NCBI RefSeq assembly: GCF_902459465.1 | Contig: NC_047080.1 | Location: 4,526,001-4,590,000 of the forward strand | Direction: 5' to 3' | Origin: Asterias rubens | Lineage: Eukaryota | DNA length: 64,000 bases | In this document: positions 25,901 through 36,900 of the stretch, in pieces | How the letters are laid out: each line of letters begins with the position of its first letter | Numbering within the stretch: position 1 is the first letter of the stretch | Notes under the pieces: model-generated | The model's input: only the letters and a program-made list of their open reading frames with translations | The model's database searches: none | What the model was told of the DNA's origin: nothing | Translations under genes and position numbers: made by a program

Positions 25901-28900
25901 AGCTCATGGAATATCAGGTTGTAAATATTTTGTTCCTTTTTTATTAACTCCAGAAGGTTGTGCATCTGAGTGAGTGGACAAAAAAATACAATCAAAGAAA
26001 ATGCAGTCAAAAGTATCAGGAACCGAGTTGGTTCACAAAGACAATCAAATCAGAAGATTCAAAAACCAAGCTGGCCAAAAACAGCACAAATATCTCTCAT
26101 AAAAACATCGGTTTCATTTCTCCGATTATGAATTGCACATATCACCAAATTATACAATAATACATATTCTAGTTGTTGTGAAATTAGCAGTAACATTGGT
26201 GGGATTCGAACCCACAATCTTGTGATTACAAGTCCTACAGTCTGTGTAAACACCTGTAATTTGGGACCTTCTTTTGTTTGTATTCTAACTTTTTGGCAAC
26301 AGCTCCCTGTAGTTTTGCACACTCTTGAACTGGGGATATTCACCCAGCTGGGAACACAAATCCCACTATTACAGGTCCTCGGTTTCACCTACCTGTGTGG
26401 GTCCTTTGATCTCGATCTCTTCGTCGTCAATCCCGGTCTTCTTTAACATCAGATCTAATGTTTCTTTAAGCTGTAGGACTTCATAGCGACTGGCTGGTTT
26501 CCTGTGATAAACAACAACAAGATATAAGACTAATCTTTGAAGTACAGACTGTAGACCACTTGCCCTTTGATTACATCTCATTGGCTTTATGCGGTTTCTC
26601 CTAGCAATGCCATGTTTTATTAAAGGCAGTGGACACTATCGGTAATTACTCAAAATAATTTTTAGCATAAAAACTTACTTGGTAACGAGTAATGGGGAGA
26701 GGTTGATAGCACAAAACATTGTGAGAAACGGCTCCCTCTGAAGTAACATAGTTTTCGAGAAAGAAGTAATTTTCCACGAATTTGATTTCGCAACTTCAGA
26801 TTTAGAATTTGAGGTCTCGAAATCAAGCATCTGAAAGCACACAACTTCGAGTAACAAGGGTGTTTTTTCTTTCATTATTATCTCGCAACTTCGATGACCG
26901 ATTGAGCTGAAATTTTCACAGGTTTGTTAATTTATGCATATGTTGAGATACAGCAAGTGAGAAGACTGGTCTTTGACAATTACCAATAGTGTCCAGTGTC
27001 TTTAAAACATATGTAATACCATATCTTAGAGCCCTAGTACAAGACAGCTTTTACTGACAACTTTTTGGGGTAATCTTGAAATTTGTTAACTCACATTGAA
27101 GGGAAGGATATCTGGTTCTGCTCAGTGTCAATCAGCTTGGTGGTGTATTTGCTGAAATAGAAACAAACAAAACTGATATCAGCGACAGAATAAAAATCAA
27201 AACAGAATTTCCCGAAAAGTAAACAGGGAAAAAACCAAGAACAAAAAAACACCAGAATGCCGCACACTCTTCTATAAACCCAGAATGATATATATTGATA
27301 TATAAAAAGACAAATGAATACACACAAGGTATAGCCTCAGAAAGATACCTAGAAAAAGAGCAAAATATTGTGGGACAAATATTGATTTGAAAATGTTGTT
27401 GACTTGACTTACTCATCTTGGAAGTCTAGATTCTGGACTCCCTTTGCTTTAACAACATGGTATTCTGAAGGAATCAAAGAGTCTGGTACACTCATGCCCT
27501 GCAGGGGGAAAACATGTTGGAAATTATAAAATGAACTGCATACTGATTAAATGACATTTAAAAAACTGTTATTATTATTATTATTATTATTATTTTATTC
27601 GCCATAACAGTACAAAACAAAATACATTGACAACATTATACCCCAAGATGGGCAAGGGACAACAAAAGCAAATACATACTATGATCCGTAGATCTGTTGC
27701 CCCACATCTGGGGTACACAATAAAATTAATATAGATTTAACATAATATAGTACACAAAGCAATAATAAAAGCAGAAATTTAAAAATCAATAGAAAATGCT
27801 AAATATATATTGAGAATAAAAAATAAATTAAGTTAAAAATAAATAAATAAGTAAAAATAACAGATGGGGTAAGGATAAACAATGAAGGGAAATAAATAAA
27901 TAAATAAAACCTAAACTTGTAGATAAATTAAAACGACTTAAAATATTGCACAAGTGATAGGCGTTGATGGCGTTGATTAATTTATTGGGTTGTTGTTGGC
28001 TTAGGGGTTGAGATCACTTGACTCAAGTTCTGGTGTTTCTGTTCAGCAGAGTGTGGGGTTCGAGTCCTGGGCCCAATTTCATAGAGCTGCTAAGCACAAA
28101 CATTTGCTTGGCATGAAATTTTGGCCTCCATAAAAACAGGATTTCCAACCAAATTTCCACGTGATTTTCAGGATAAGCAAACAACAGCTGAATACCAGTA
28201 ATGGGCAATATGCATCAAATGGAAATTTTGTTGGTAATCATGTTTTTATCAAGGAAGAAATTTCATGCCAAGCAAATTTGTGTGCTTAGCAGCTCTATGG
28301 AAATGGGCCCAGGTCTTAACACTTCTGTCATTAAGCAAGACACTTTGGCCATTGCCATTTCGTCCGTTGGATGGGCAATCCGGTTCAAGGCTCAGTGGTT
28401 TCTATACCTGCATTTCATCTCTGTGGGCCCCAGTTTGATTCCCAGACCAGAGCCTTGCATGTGGATTTGGTTTTTAAGTTGGCCGTTTTAAGAACTCGCC
28501 GCTACCCCTTTATTATGAAAGAAGTTCATCAGGCCAGTAAAATGTAAACTTATTAAATGAATAAGGAGACGACGATCATCTCTCAACAGAGACGAGGGAC
28601 AAACTTTCACACATAAGGGACCCCCTCATACCCAAAGTTCCACCCCGGGGAGGACACAATCGGCCGAACCAACATCCAGTGGCCGTAGCAGGAAACAGTA
28701 CCACCAACTGACTGGTGGTGCCTCGTTCTGAGGATGACTAGTGAAACGTAAATGAAAATTACGTGAGTATTGGCTTTGTTTTCATAGAAAATTCATTTAA
28801 TAAGTTTACCCTTTTATTCCCTTAATTTATACACGCTAAAGGCTTATTGGGCCAGATCTTACCTGGTCTTTGTCACTCTGCTTAACCAAGGCTCTGACAG

Positions 28901-30030
28901 AGCTAGCATCTTGTGATGGATCTACCTTCCCTGGAGTCTTATCAGCAAATGCCACGTCGTACAGGAATGAAATATCCCTAAACAAACCAAAACCAAAAGA
29001 GATGACAAGTTCAGATAAGTTCAAAAATACGTTTACCATCACACAATAGCCATCCCAGGGCCAACAAACAAGCACTCCTGGGCTACTAAAGCTATATACA
29101 ACTTTTAACTAAACTGTGTAGAAAGCTGTTCTCCAAATTGTCGAGAGGTTTAAGCTAAAGGAGCTCTATAAATTTGGGCCCAGCGAGTATGTTTACAAAC
29201 CTTCCCGCGCCAGTCATGGAAACTGGCTGATCGGTCAAATGCTGGAAGCGTCTTCTACGATTTGGAAAGTTCCACATATTAGCACTGGGGGCCCCCGCCT
29301 TGATGGCCTGATGAGAAGGGAAAAAAGTAAAACTTGTTATAAGAGAGTGGATATTTAAACATTTTATTTCTAGAGGGTGGTTTAGAGATTTGATCAACTC
29401 ACCTTGTTCTTGGCCTTTTGTACACCCTTCTGTTTGAGCTTTTCCTTGACCCCAGGGGAGGGGATATTTGTCAGCGCATTGAGAATCTCCTCGGGGATGA
29501 ACTCACTTTGGAGCGAGGTTGGCAAGGGTCTGGATCTGTCAATGGCATTGTCGCTGGATCGAAGATCTGGTAAGGGTGCGACATCTTGGGCTGTAAAACG
29601 TGATGGTTTGTAGGGAGTTAACTCAATATTTTCATTGTAATGCTAAATAAAAAGTTATTTTCAATCACAGCGACAAAGATTGAGAGGGCCTTCAGAGTAC
29701 CTTTAATGATTAAAAGGGATTTTGCATGAATTGCATTTATTGCGATAATGGGGACTGTTTAATGATGACCAGAAGACATTCTGAGCAGTTGATAACACTT
29801 CCCTTTTCAGGGTAAAATAACTCACTTGTTTCAATTTCTTTTTGTTTCATTCCAAACTTGAATTATTTCACTACAACCTGTCACTATTTACCTTCATTCT
29901 TTGCAACAATGACTCTTGTTCTTCTGGGCGTCGGGCTGTTTTGACCCTCATCTTTGGGTTCTGCTGGGGGACTTGGTTCCCGTCCGCCGACATCACTCAT
30001 CTCTTGCATTGAAGCAACTACTGAAGTCAT
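10956..30030 (-). CDS. AXDND1: Axonemal dynein light chain domain-containing protein 1 (~1131 aa)
   Basis: 26 phase-consistent exons in transcript order: 30030-29892, 29590-29403, 29307-29201, 28977-28863, 27498-27413, 27151-27095, 26501-26393, 25965-25891, 25663-25569, 25099-25007, 24662-24596, 24162-24125, 23876-23756, 23519-23251, 20050-19960, 18739-18557, 15560-15509, 14560-14344, 14101-14008, 13599-13409, 13202-13106, 12926-12759, 12315-12223, 11898-11752, 11633-11518, 11343-10956. Recognised motifs: DRSRPLPTSLQSEFIP, PVSMTGAGRDISFLYDV, KPASRYEV, FHELIRQVSVECAERGELL, VMAQRALDRRLTEELFRFK, YHELYELQRARLE. Confidence 0.9.
12012..12160. repeat. Palindromic end of a dispersed repeat family (~110-bp hairpin)
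   Basis: ctagtggtttaaaccc..cctggttcttgata / atcaagaaccactagttgaaaacc. Near-identical hairpin at 37764-37900, partial at 47890-47975. Confidence 0.7.
13646..13898. mobile_element. MITE with GGCCCAATTTCAT-type TIR and CAG target duplication (Harbinger-like)
   Basis: cag|gggccaatttcatagagc ... gctccatgaaattgggcc|cag. Confidence 0.8.
14818..15055 (+). mobile_element. Two adjacent tRNA-derived SINE heads
   Basis: gctagataagctcagttggtagag.. at 14822. tRNA-Leu-like gtcgtggccgagcggataag..ttcaagctctgg..ggttcgaatcc at 14949, followed by the non-tRNA body gtgacactt..ccttgagca. Confidence 0.7.
15056..15431. mobile_element. 5'-truncated TTAA MITE (family A) carrying a nested 171-bp palindromic element at 15187-15357
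   Basis: Right TIR aatagtgtccaccgcctttaa. The insert aagccac..gtggctt interrupts the family consensus ccccattactcg. Confidence 0.8.
16822..17243. mobile_element. Nested Harbinger-like MITEs: younger copy 16840-17088 inside an older related copy
   Basis: ctg|ggcccaatttcatggctctgcttacc ... ggtaagcagagccatgaaattgggcc|ctg. Outer ends gacccaatgtcatgaagc and tatatgaaattgggcc. Confidence 0.75.
17695..18083. mobile_element. TTAA-flanked MITE, family A (Kolobok-like)
   Basis: ttaaagacagtagacactattggtaatt ... aattaccaatagtgtccacggccattaa. Confidence 0.85.
19261..19642. mobile_element. TTAA-flanked MITE, family B
   Basis: ttaaagccattggacacttt ... aaagtgtccactggctttaa. Confidence 0.85.
19745..19920. 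repeat. Degenerate ~30-36-bp minisatellite (ttgtaagtttttgtgggctgagtagc)
   Basis: About five degenerate units, plus a solo copy near 18782. Confidence 0.7.
20282..20565 (-). mobile_element. tRNA-Leu-like SINE
   Basis: Reverse complement of the gtcgtggccgagtggtt..gggttcgaatcc..gacacttgtgtcctt head. Same family at 59040-59360. Confidence 0.75.
20711..20901. mobile_element. Small TIR element
   Basis: tagaccgatccattaagctccgccc ... gggcggagcctactggattggtcta. Confidence 0.65.
20944..21091. mobile_element. Palindromic MITE with long TIRs
   Basis: gagactttttggac..ggtggcagcagacttaccaggtaaa / atttacctggtaagtctgctgccacc..ccaaagtctc. Fragments at 22765-22815 and 54700-55150. Confidence 0.7.
22217..22566 (+). 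mobile_element. AT-rich retroelement 3' end with (AAT)n tail, copy 1
   Basis: Nearly identical reverse complement at 27569-27957. Confidence 0.7.
26620..27005. mobile_element. TTAA-flanked MITE, family A
   Basis: ttaaaggcagtggacactatcgg ... ccaatagtgtccagtgtctttaa. Confidence 0.85.
27569..27957 (-). mobile_element. AT-rich retroelement 3' end with (AAT)n tail, copy 2 (inverted)
   Basis: Reverse complement of 22217-22566. Confidence 0.7.
28070..28309. mobile_element. Harbinger-like MITE inserted in a tRNA-Leu SINE head
   Basis: ctg|ggcccaatttcatagagc ... gctctatggaaatgggcc|cag. SINE sequence ggttcgagtcc on the left resumes as gtcttaacactt..aagcaagacactt on the right. Confidence 0.75.
28555..28780 (+). 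mobile_element. Penelope-like retroelement 3' remnant
   Basis: IRRRRSSLNRDEG resembles the end of the Penelope GIY-YIG ORF, followed by the typical ctgaggatgactag..gaaacg 3' motif. A similar motif lies in reverse at 22600-22632. Confidence 0.5.
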
Positions 30031-30950
30031 CTTATCTTTGTTTTTGTTATGTACGGCTCACTCATAAATAATCATCAGTCTATGAAAGTTCTTGTCATAG
30101 GTAACTGTTTTTTTTAACACAAACAAAAAACGAAGGTCAATGTTTATTTTAATCTCGAACATAAATAACTTTGTATTAATATAAAAGCCATATCATATGT
30201 GTCATATGTGAGAAATGCAGGCCAATTAAATACACAGAAAAAAAAATCGACAAACAAATCTGACAATGACATGGATACTAATACTAATAAAGACCACCTG
30301 CAACAGAAGATACAGAAAGGACCACGGATTGCACTCATATTTATTATATCAGACAAAAACTAACTTTAAAAACTAAGTCTCTATCTATAACTAGACCCAG
30401 TGACTGGGGCGCTAGATTCCTTTTTTCGAAATTTTGACATTATTGGTCATCTTTCTACTCTAGCGATTAAGCCAAAATTTCGAAAAAAGGAATCTTGCGC
30501 CCCAGTCACTGACACTGGGTCTAATCTATAACTAAGTTTAAGAAAACTGCTTCAAATAATTCAGTTGCGGAAATATTATGTTGATGATGAATTGATGGAA
30601 TGATAATGATGGCCCCTTGTTTTTTGGTGGCCTGCTCATTTGTGCCCCTTGCTTGGTGGGCCTTGTTGTGACGGTCCTACTACTTGCCGTCAACTCGCCC
30701 AAAGTATCGTTTTGAAAAGACGGAAAACAAAGCCTTATAAAACATACCTGTGTCTACATCATGAAGATATGTTGAAATTAAAGATCACAAGACAAAAGGT
30801 AACTTTTTTGAGGATTTTTCATAAAACACTTCCACACGATCAACTTGTTGTCAAGGGGGACATTTACGTTTACCGTATCTTAGAGTGGCGCCCTCTGCGT
30901 TAGAAAAGAGCCATGAACAAGATGGCGGCGCCCACTGACCAAATCAAAAA
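30031..30950. promoter_or_regulatory. Putative bidirectional promoter region, AXDND1/GEMIN4
   Basis: Start codons 30030(-) and 30913(+) diverge ~880 bp apart. YY1 consensus AAGATGGCGGC at 30919-30929 overlaps the second in-frame GEMIN4 ATG. Confidence 0.6.
30392..30523. mobile_element. 132-bp palindromic MITE with 9-bp target duplication
   Basis: atctataac|tagacccagtg ... cactgggtcta|atctataac. Confidence 0.8.
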
Positions 30951-33900
30951 GTAACTCCGCTGCAATTTCAAACAGGTTTTTACTACATTTCATCACATTA
31001 AACTTGCAGAATAAATTACTGAGTTGACGCCTAACACTTATGCTTACATCTCAGCTATAATCTGTTGCCTTCTATGATGCATTTTGAAGCTGAAATCGCT
31101 CTTCTTCAGAGCAGTTTTTATTGCTTTACCGACTGCACAAACAAGGCATTGCCGTTGGAACAGCGGGTAAACGTCAACGCTGTGTGTCACGCAATAACAG
31201 AGGTAGTCCAAGGTCTGGACAGGGATCGGAGCGACGGTGAGCAACTGCACTGGCACTTCAAGCTTCATGCCATCTTACTTTGCAAGTTGCTTAAGAAAAA
31301 AAATAAGAAAAAATGCAGAAAAAACAGAATGGCAGAAGAAGAAGAGAGAAGAAAACCACATCCACATCCTTCGTTGACATCTGATAATGTTGTCGACTGT
31401 GCAATGAAGGGTTTTGATGGAGTTATGAGAGCGATACCAGATTGTGTTGATCTTGATCTCTACCTTGCAGTAGCCAAGAATTTGGAATGGGGACATCTTT
31501 GTTCACAGGTACAGCATACGTATTGTATCTGTTTTTTTTTAAACAATTGTCACATCATCCACATCATCTTCAGTGTAACTTGAAATTACGTGATAATAGT
31601 GAGTCCATGTAATCATACATGTACTGTCAAAACTGATGCTGAGTATCTAGTCTAGTAAAACAAGCCGACAACTGATGGCGCCTGATGACAACTGTCAACA
31701 GTATTAAACCATTGTTAATTAAATACCTATCTACAATGTATAAAAAAGAGAGTCATAAATATCCAATCATTCATTCTGTTCAAAACATTGTATATCAACT
31801 TAACTAGGAAAACGTTCCGAAGGGAGGAAATACAGGCACTGCATTAAAATTGTATTTGTAGTTGATCAAAACCTTTAGTCAGTTAAACATTTAGAGCACT
31901 TTTATTACTATTTATTATGAATTTGCATTAAGGCTACACATTGTTAAAGTAATTTATATTTTTAGAGAACATTGTTTTATTGACCCATCGGACTTGAAAT
32001 TTCCTGTTTTACAAAATGAAATTCCTTTCATTCAACAACGCAGGTACTCCTCTCCCTTCATAGGGAAGTGGCCAAGGTGTTGCTTCAAGACATCTCCTCA
32101 ACCTGCATCTCTGAGGGTCATCAGGAGTTCCTCATGAGTATCCTGATAAGTGTTCTCAGGCAAGTTCATCTCGACACTAAAAAACCTGAAATTCGCACCA
32201 CAACAAACAAACCATCATGCACTGCTGCTGATGGTACTGGAGCTCTTCAACTAGTCATGTCTACCTGCCAGCAAATCCTCACAATGAAATCCGAGATTAC
32301 CAAAAAGACAATGAGGTCTGAGGTGATTGAAGCCTTAAAGGAATGCCTCACCAACCTAGTCCAAGAATTGTTTCCAACAGAAAGACATCCAGAAGTTAAC
32401 ATTACAGATCCCACAAAACATTCAACAAAAGCACACCCATTACTGTCACTACTAAGTACAGGCTCAAACTGTCTGAGTGAAGTTTACTCTCTTCACCAAA
32501 TCTGTTCAACAAATCTTGGAGATCATCTTGGTTCTTCTCCTTATAAAGAGGAAGTCAAAACTGCATCACTGGCAGACAGTAGTAAAGAGGAAGACAGTAC
32601 AAAGTCTGTAAACTCAAACTCCTTACTAATGGCTGTGTCGACTTTGGTTTCTACTTTACGAGATATCCTACTTGAAGACTGGACTGACTTCTTCACGATC
32701 CCTTCTTCAGATGTCTTACTCTGTGAGGAAATGGCATCTTCAGTCAGTAACATTCCTCACCCACCGCTTGATGTGCCAAATGAGATTGCACGACTGGGTA
32801 GGAGTACCTTACAGTCACTTCAGAGGCTTGGACATCATCTTGATCAGCTGCCACTTGAAACCACACACTCAATTCAAAAACATTGTGATGATCTGATTGG
32901 CTATATCTCTGGTCAGCTGGACCAATGGGGAGATGTAGAGGATGAAATGACGTCAGCTGGTTCAGCGACTGATACATACAGTAGAAACACATGGCTGGAG
33001 GAAGCTATTGGCAAGGTGGATGGAAGATTAAATGAGTATGAAGGTTGGTTCACACTATCGTGCCTGATACTGCATGGAGGCAACAAAGGCGATTGCCTGC
33101 ATGCCCTCTGGCCATTGCCTCACTGCCCTTGAAATGCTTCAGTTGAAATTTACAATTTTCCCATGGGTGCCATTTACCAAGGAGAAAATGCCTTGGTGCC
33201 TTTGCCCTTTTTCAAAACAGAGCATAATATATTAAATTGGGGTTGAACTATTTTTTCAATTTCTTTCTTTGAAGGTGCAAGTCGGAAGCCATACAACTGT
33301 TGGCTGCCATGTTGACAGGGATTACATTTAAGTTACGATACACCCAGGGGATTACCTTTTGCTATTTCACGTATCAAACTTTTATTGTTATTAATAAATC
33401 AAAATTAAGTCTTCCATTTTAATTTGCTTTCAGATTACCTTGGTCAGCTTATGTCATCCCATGACCTGTGGGAGGAAGAGTCATGGATAGAATGTCTAGA
33501 AAGGAACACTGCCATTTTGGCTAATCCAAGGTGTGTACTTACCCATAATCAGTTGTGTTGCTCATTGTTTTTTTTTCTCATTTCAAGAATAAAGAAATCA
33601 CTACGAGTAGATTTGACTGACAATGATTCTGTTTTGATTTGGATACTTACAGGTTTGTCAAACAGCTTATTGACATTGTCATGGTGATGGATCAACAATA
33701 TTTTTCTGAGGGTATAATTCAGAGAGTTTTAAAGGTGAGAAACAGTCCTGGGATTTCATCTTGGAAAGGGCAAAGCCATTTTCATGTTGAAAAGGGCACT
33801 TCCTTTGGAAAATCTAAAAAAAAGTCTGTGGGAAATTTGTGGAGGGGTATCTAGGCCAAGGCCTCTGTGTAATTCCAGGCCTAGAGAAAGTAGAAAAATT

Positions 33901-36900
33901 GTGTCAAATTTCTAGCAGTCCAGTCGTGTCCTGTGCAGAAAAACACGTCAGGCGGCGTGAAGTGGTTAATACGAGTAACAGTGGTAAAAAAGCTTAAATA
34001 ATTCACAGTGATTTCTTCTTCTTCCGCATGTACTTTGTGTAGGTCTTCCTTGGAAGCTACGCACCTCTGCCGTTCTTGCTTCAGAACACACTCCGGGATC
34101 ATCTTTGGACTCAGTCTGCCGGAGTCACCATCTTCACCAGACACCCCGTGCAGAACGTAGACCATGAGTTAACCTCCCTCTTTAACAGACTGGTCGCCTT
34201 GGCGCAGGGTCTGGAAAACACCGAGGTCAGAGTTCAACTAGCATTTTGTAATGTGGGACCTAAAATATGGTCATTCTATATCCCAAAAGTTCCATTGTAA
34301 AACGAGTGTAGATTTTCATCTTTGAAAGGGCAAGGCCATGTTCATTTTGTGCACTTCCATATCATTTAAAAGTCTGTGGTAAATAATTGAAGGGGCTCCA
34401 AGGCCAAGACCAGGGCAACAGAGGTCATGACGTCTGTTGCCCTCATCTAATACCAGGCCTGTACTGACACAACATCATGACCTTTTGGCACTCATTCATC
34501 GGTTTCTTGTCTCGTCATCTTTTACAACAGGTTTTCCAAGCGTTATCCTGCGTGGCCATACAATCTCCCACTAAAACCTTACATCAGGCTGTCCAGAGAG
34601 CAGTTTCTAATGCATCAGTATGCCAAGCAGTCTGTCAGGTAAGAAAGAAACATTGCCTTTTTAGCAGGCTTCCAAATAACCAACGGCACCCACAGTAATT
34701 GCTTAAAAGGTGCCCTGTGCTTTTTCTGTGGTGCCCTGTCCGAAGTTCCATTACAAATTCCTCATAATAAGCAGGATTCCTCATGCTTGGCAGGATTCGG
34801 ACCCACAACCTTGTGGTTGCAAGTCCTGCAGTCTAACCACTGGTGCACCTTTAGTTAAAGGGACGGTACACGTTTGGTAACTGTCAAAGACCATTCTTCA
34901 CACTCGGTGTATCCCAACATAAGCATAAAATAACAAGCCTGTAAAAATTTGAGCTAAATTGGTCAGCGAAGTTGCGAGCAAATGATGAGAGAAAAAACTC
35001 CCTTTTTGGACAGTTTTGTGTAAATTTCAGATCGGAATAAAAGACTTCTGGCTAGAAGTCTTTCATTATTTTAGTGAGAAATTGCTTCTTTCTCAAAATC
35101 TATGCTACTTCAGAGGAAGCCGTTTAATTTTTCACAATGTTTTATACTATCAATAGCTCTCCAATGCTCGTTACCAAGTCAGTTTTTAAGTTAATATTTG
35201 TTTAAAGTAACTACCCAATGTGTACCTTTAACCATGGTGCACACTCAAACTTACTTTTTGTATATACATGTAGGTTTTGCAGGCTATGCCCTCACTGGCG
35301 ACCTTCAAACTTCATGGAGATCAGTGGCCATTACTGTGTCACCTCATCCTGGAAACTGGTGGGAACCTGTCAACTTCAACAAATGAGGAAGCAAATCTCT
35401 TACAGCTGGTAACCACACTACTGCAGGTGAGATTGCCATACAAAAATAGAGTGTCAGTGCATGTCTGTGCACACAATAGAATGTCTGGGCGAATACTTTT
35501 GACAGCCGTCCGTCTGCCAGCAAAAGATTGAGGGATCAATGAAGATGTTTGTGTTCCAATAATTCGTGTTGCATGTTTGTGTTGCGATATATCCATGATG
35601 TCACTCGACGTGAAGTGGTTAAACAGGATTTGAAGGTTTGTTTTCAGTGAGTCACCATTTAAAGGAACACGTTGCCTTGGATCGGTCGAGTTGGTCTATA
35701 AAAAGCGTTTGTAACCGTTTTTTTTATAAAATGCATATGGTTGGAAAGATGTTTTAAAAGTTGAATACAATGATCCACACAAGTTTGCCTCGAAATTGCG
35801 TGGTTTTCCCTTTACTGTACGAACTAACATGGTCAGCCATTTATGGGAGTCAAAAATTTTACTCCCATAAATGGCCGATCGTGTTAGTCGATGAGGTAAA
35901 AGGAAAACCGTGCAATTTCGAGACATGTTTGTGTGGATCATTGTATTCTACTTTTACAACATCTTTCTACCCATATGCATTTTATAAAGAAACGGTTACA
36001 AACGCTTTTCAAAGACCAACTCGACCGATCCAAGGCAACGTGTTCCTTTAAAGATGGAATTGGGAGGATTACCAGGTATATGGCCAGCGTAGTTTTGGCT
36101 ACGTATTGCTAACACTGCGATCTATTTTTCTATTTCAGCCGTACAGACCGTTTCTGGATCCACTAGGTCCATTCTGGATGCCACCAGTTCTTTCTACTCG
36201 AGCAGTTTGCCAAGTGTGTGTTTTGCCAAATCTTGAAACCTCTCCACAAAATGGTGGTCGGATGGACATATTGACAGCTTTGAAACTACTTAAGGAGTTA
36301 CTGAACATAAGAGACAATTCTGATGCGATGATAAACGTCCTAGGATCGTCACCGTTTCCCATCATGCTTTGCCTTTGTGACCTCCTCGATGGATGTCATC
36401 TTCTATGGGATGGTGTCGTCACGGCAACACAGAGTACTGATATGAAGGAAGTTGTGCTTTGCCTTCTGGGAAGGATTGCGAGAATCATCAAGGAGAAGCA
36501 TAATCAAGGTAAGTAATGGACCAGAGGAGTTATTGACTGGTTATGAGAAATTATTGACTGCCCCAGAGGGCTTTATCACATGTTATGGACAAGCTATTCA
36601 GTGTTTTTGGTGCATATTAAGTGATGCGGAACTAGTGACCCCAGAAAGAATTGCGAGAATCATCAAAATCAAGGAGATGCGTGATCAAGGTAAAGTAATG
36701 GCCCAGAGGAGGAGTTATTGACTGGTTATGAGGAACTAATGTCTGTCCCACAGGGTTTTAGCACCTTCAATAGACTAGCTTATCAGTGATTTTGGTGCAT
36801 ATTAACTGATGAGGAACAATCTCAGGAAGAATTGCATGAAACATCCAAATCAAGGAGATGCCTGATCAAGGTGAAGTAGTGGTCCAGAGGAGGAGTTATT

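Noticed and set aside
33275-33335. Possible extra GEMIN4 exon (CKSEAIQLL...)
   Set aside because: No phase-compatible donor to 33434; 33043 joins 33434 directly in phase.
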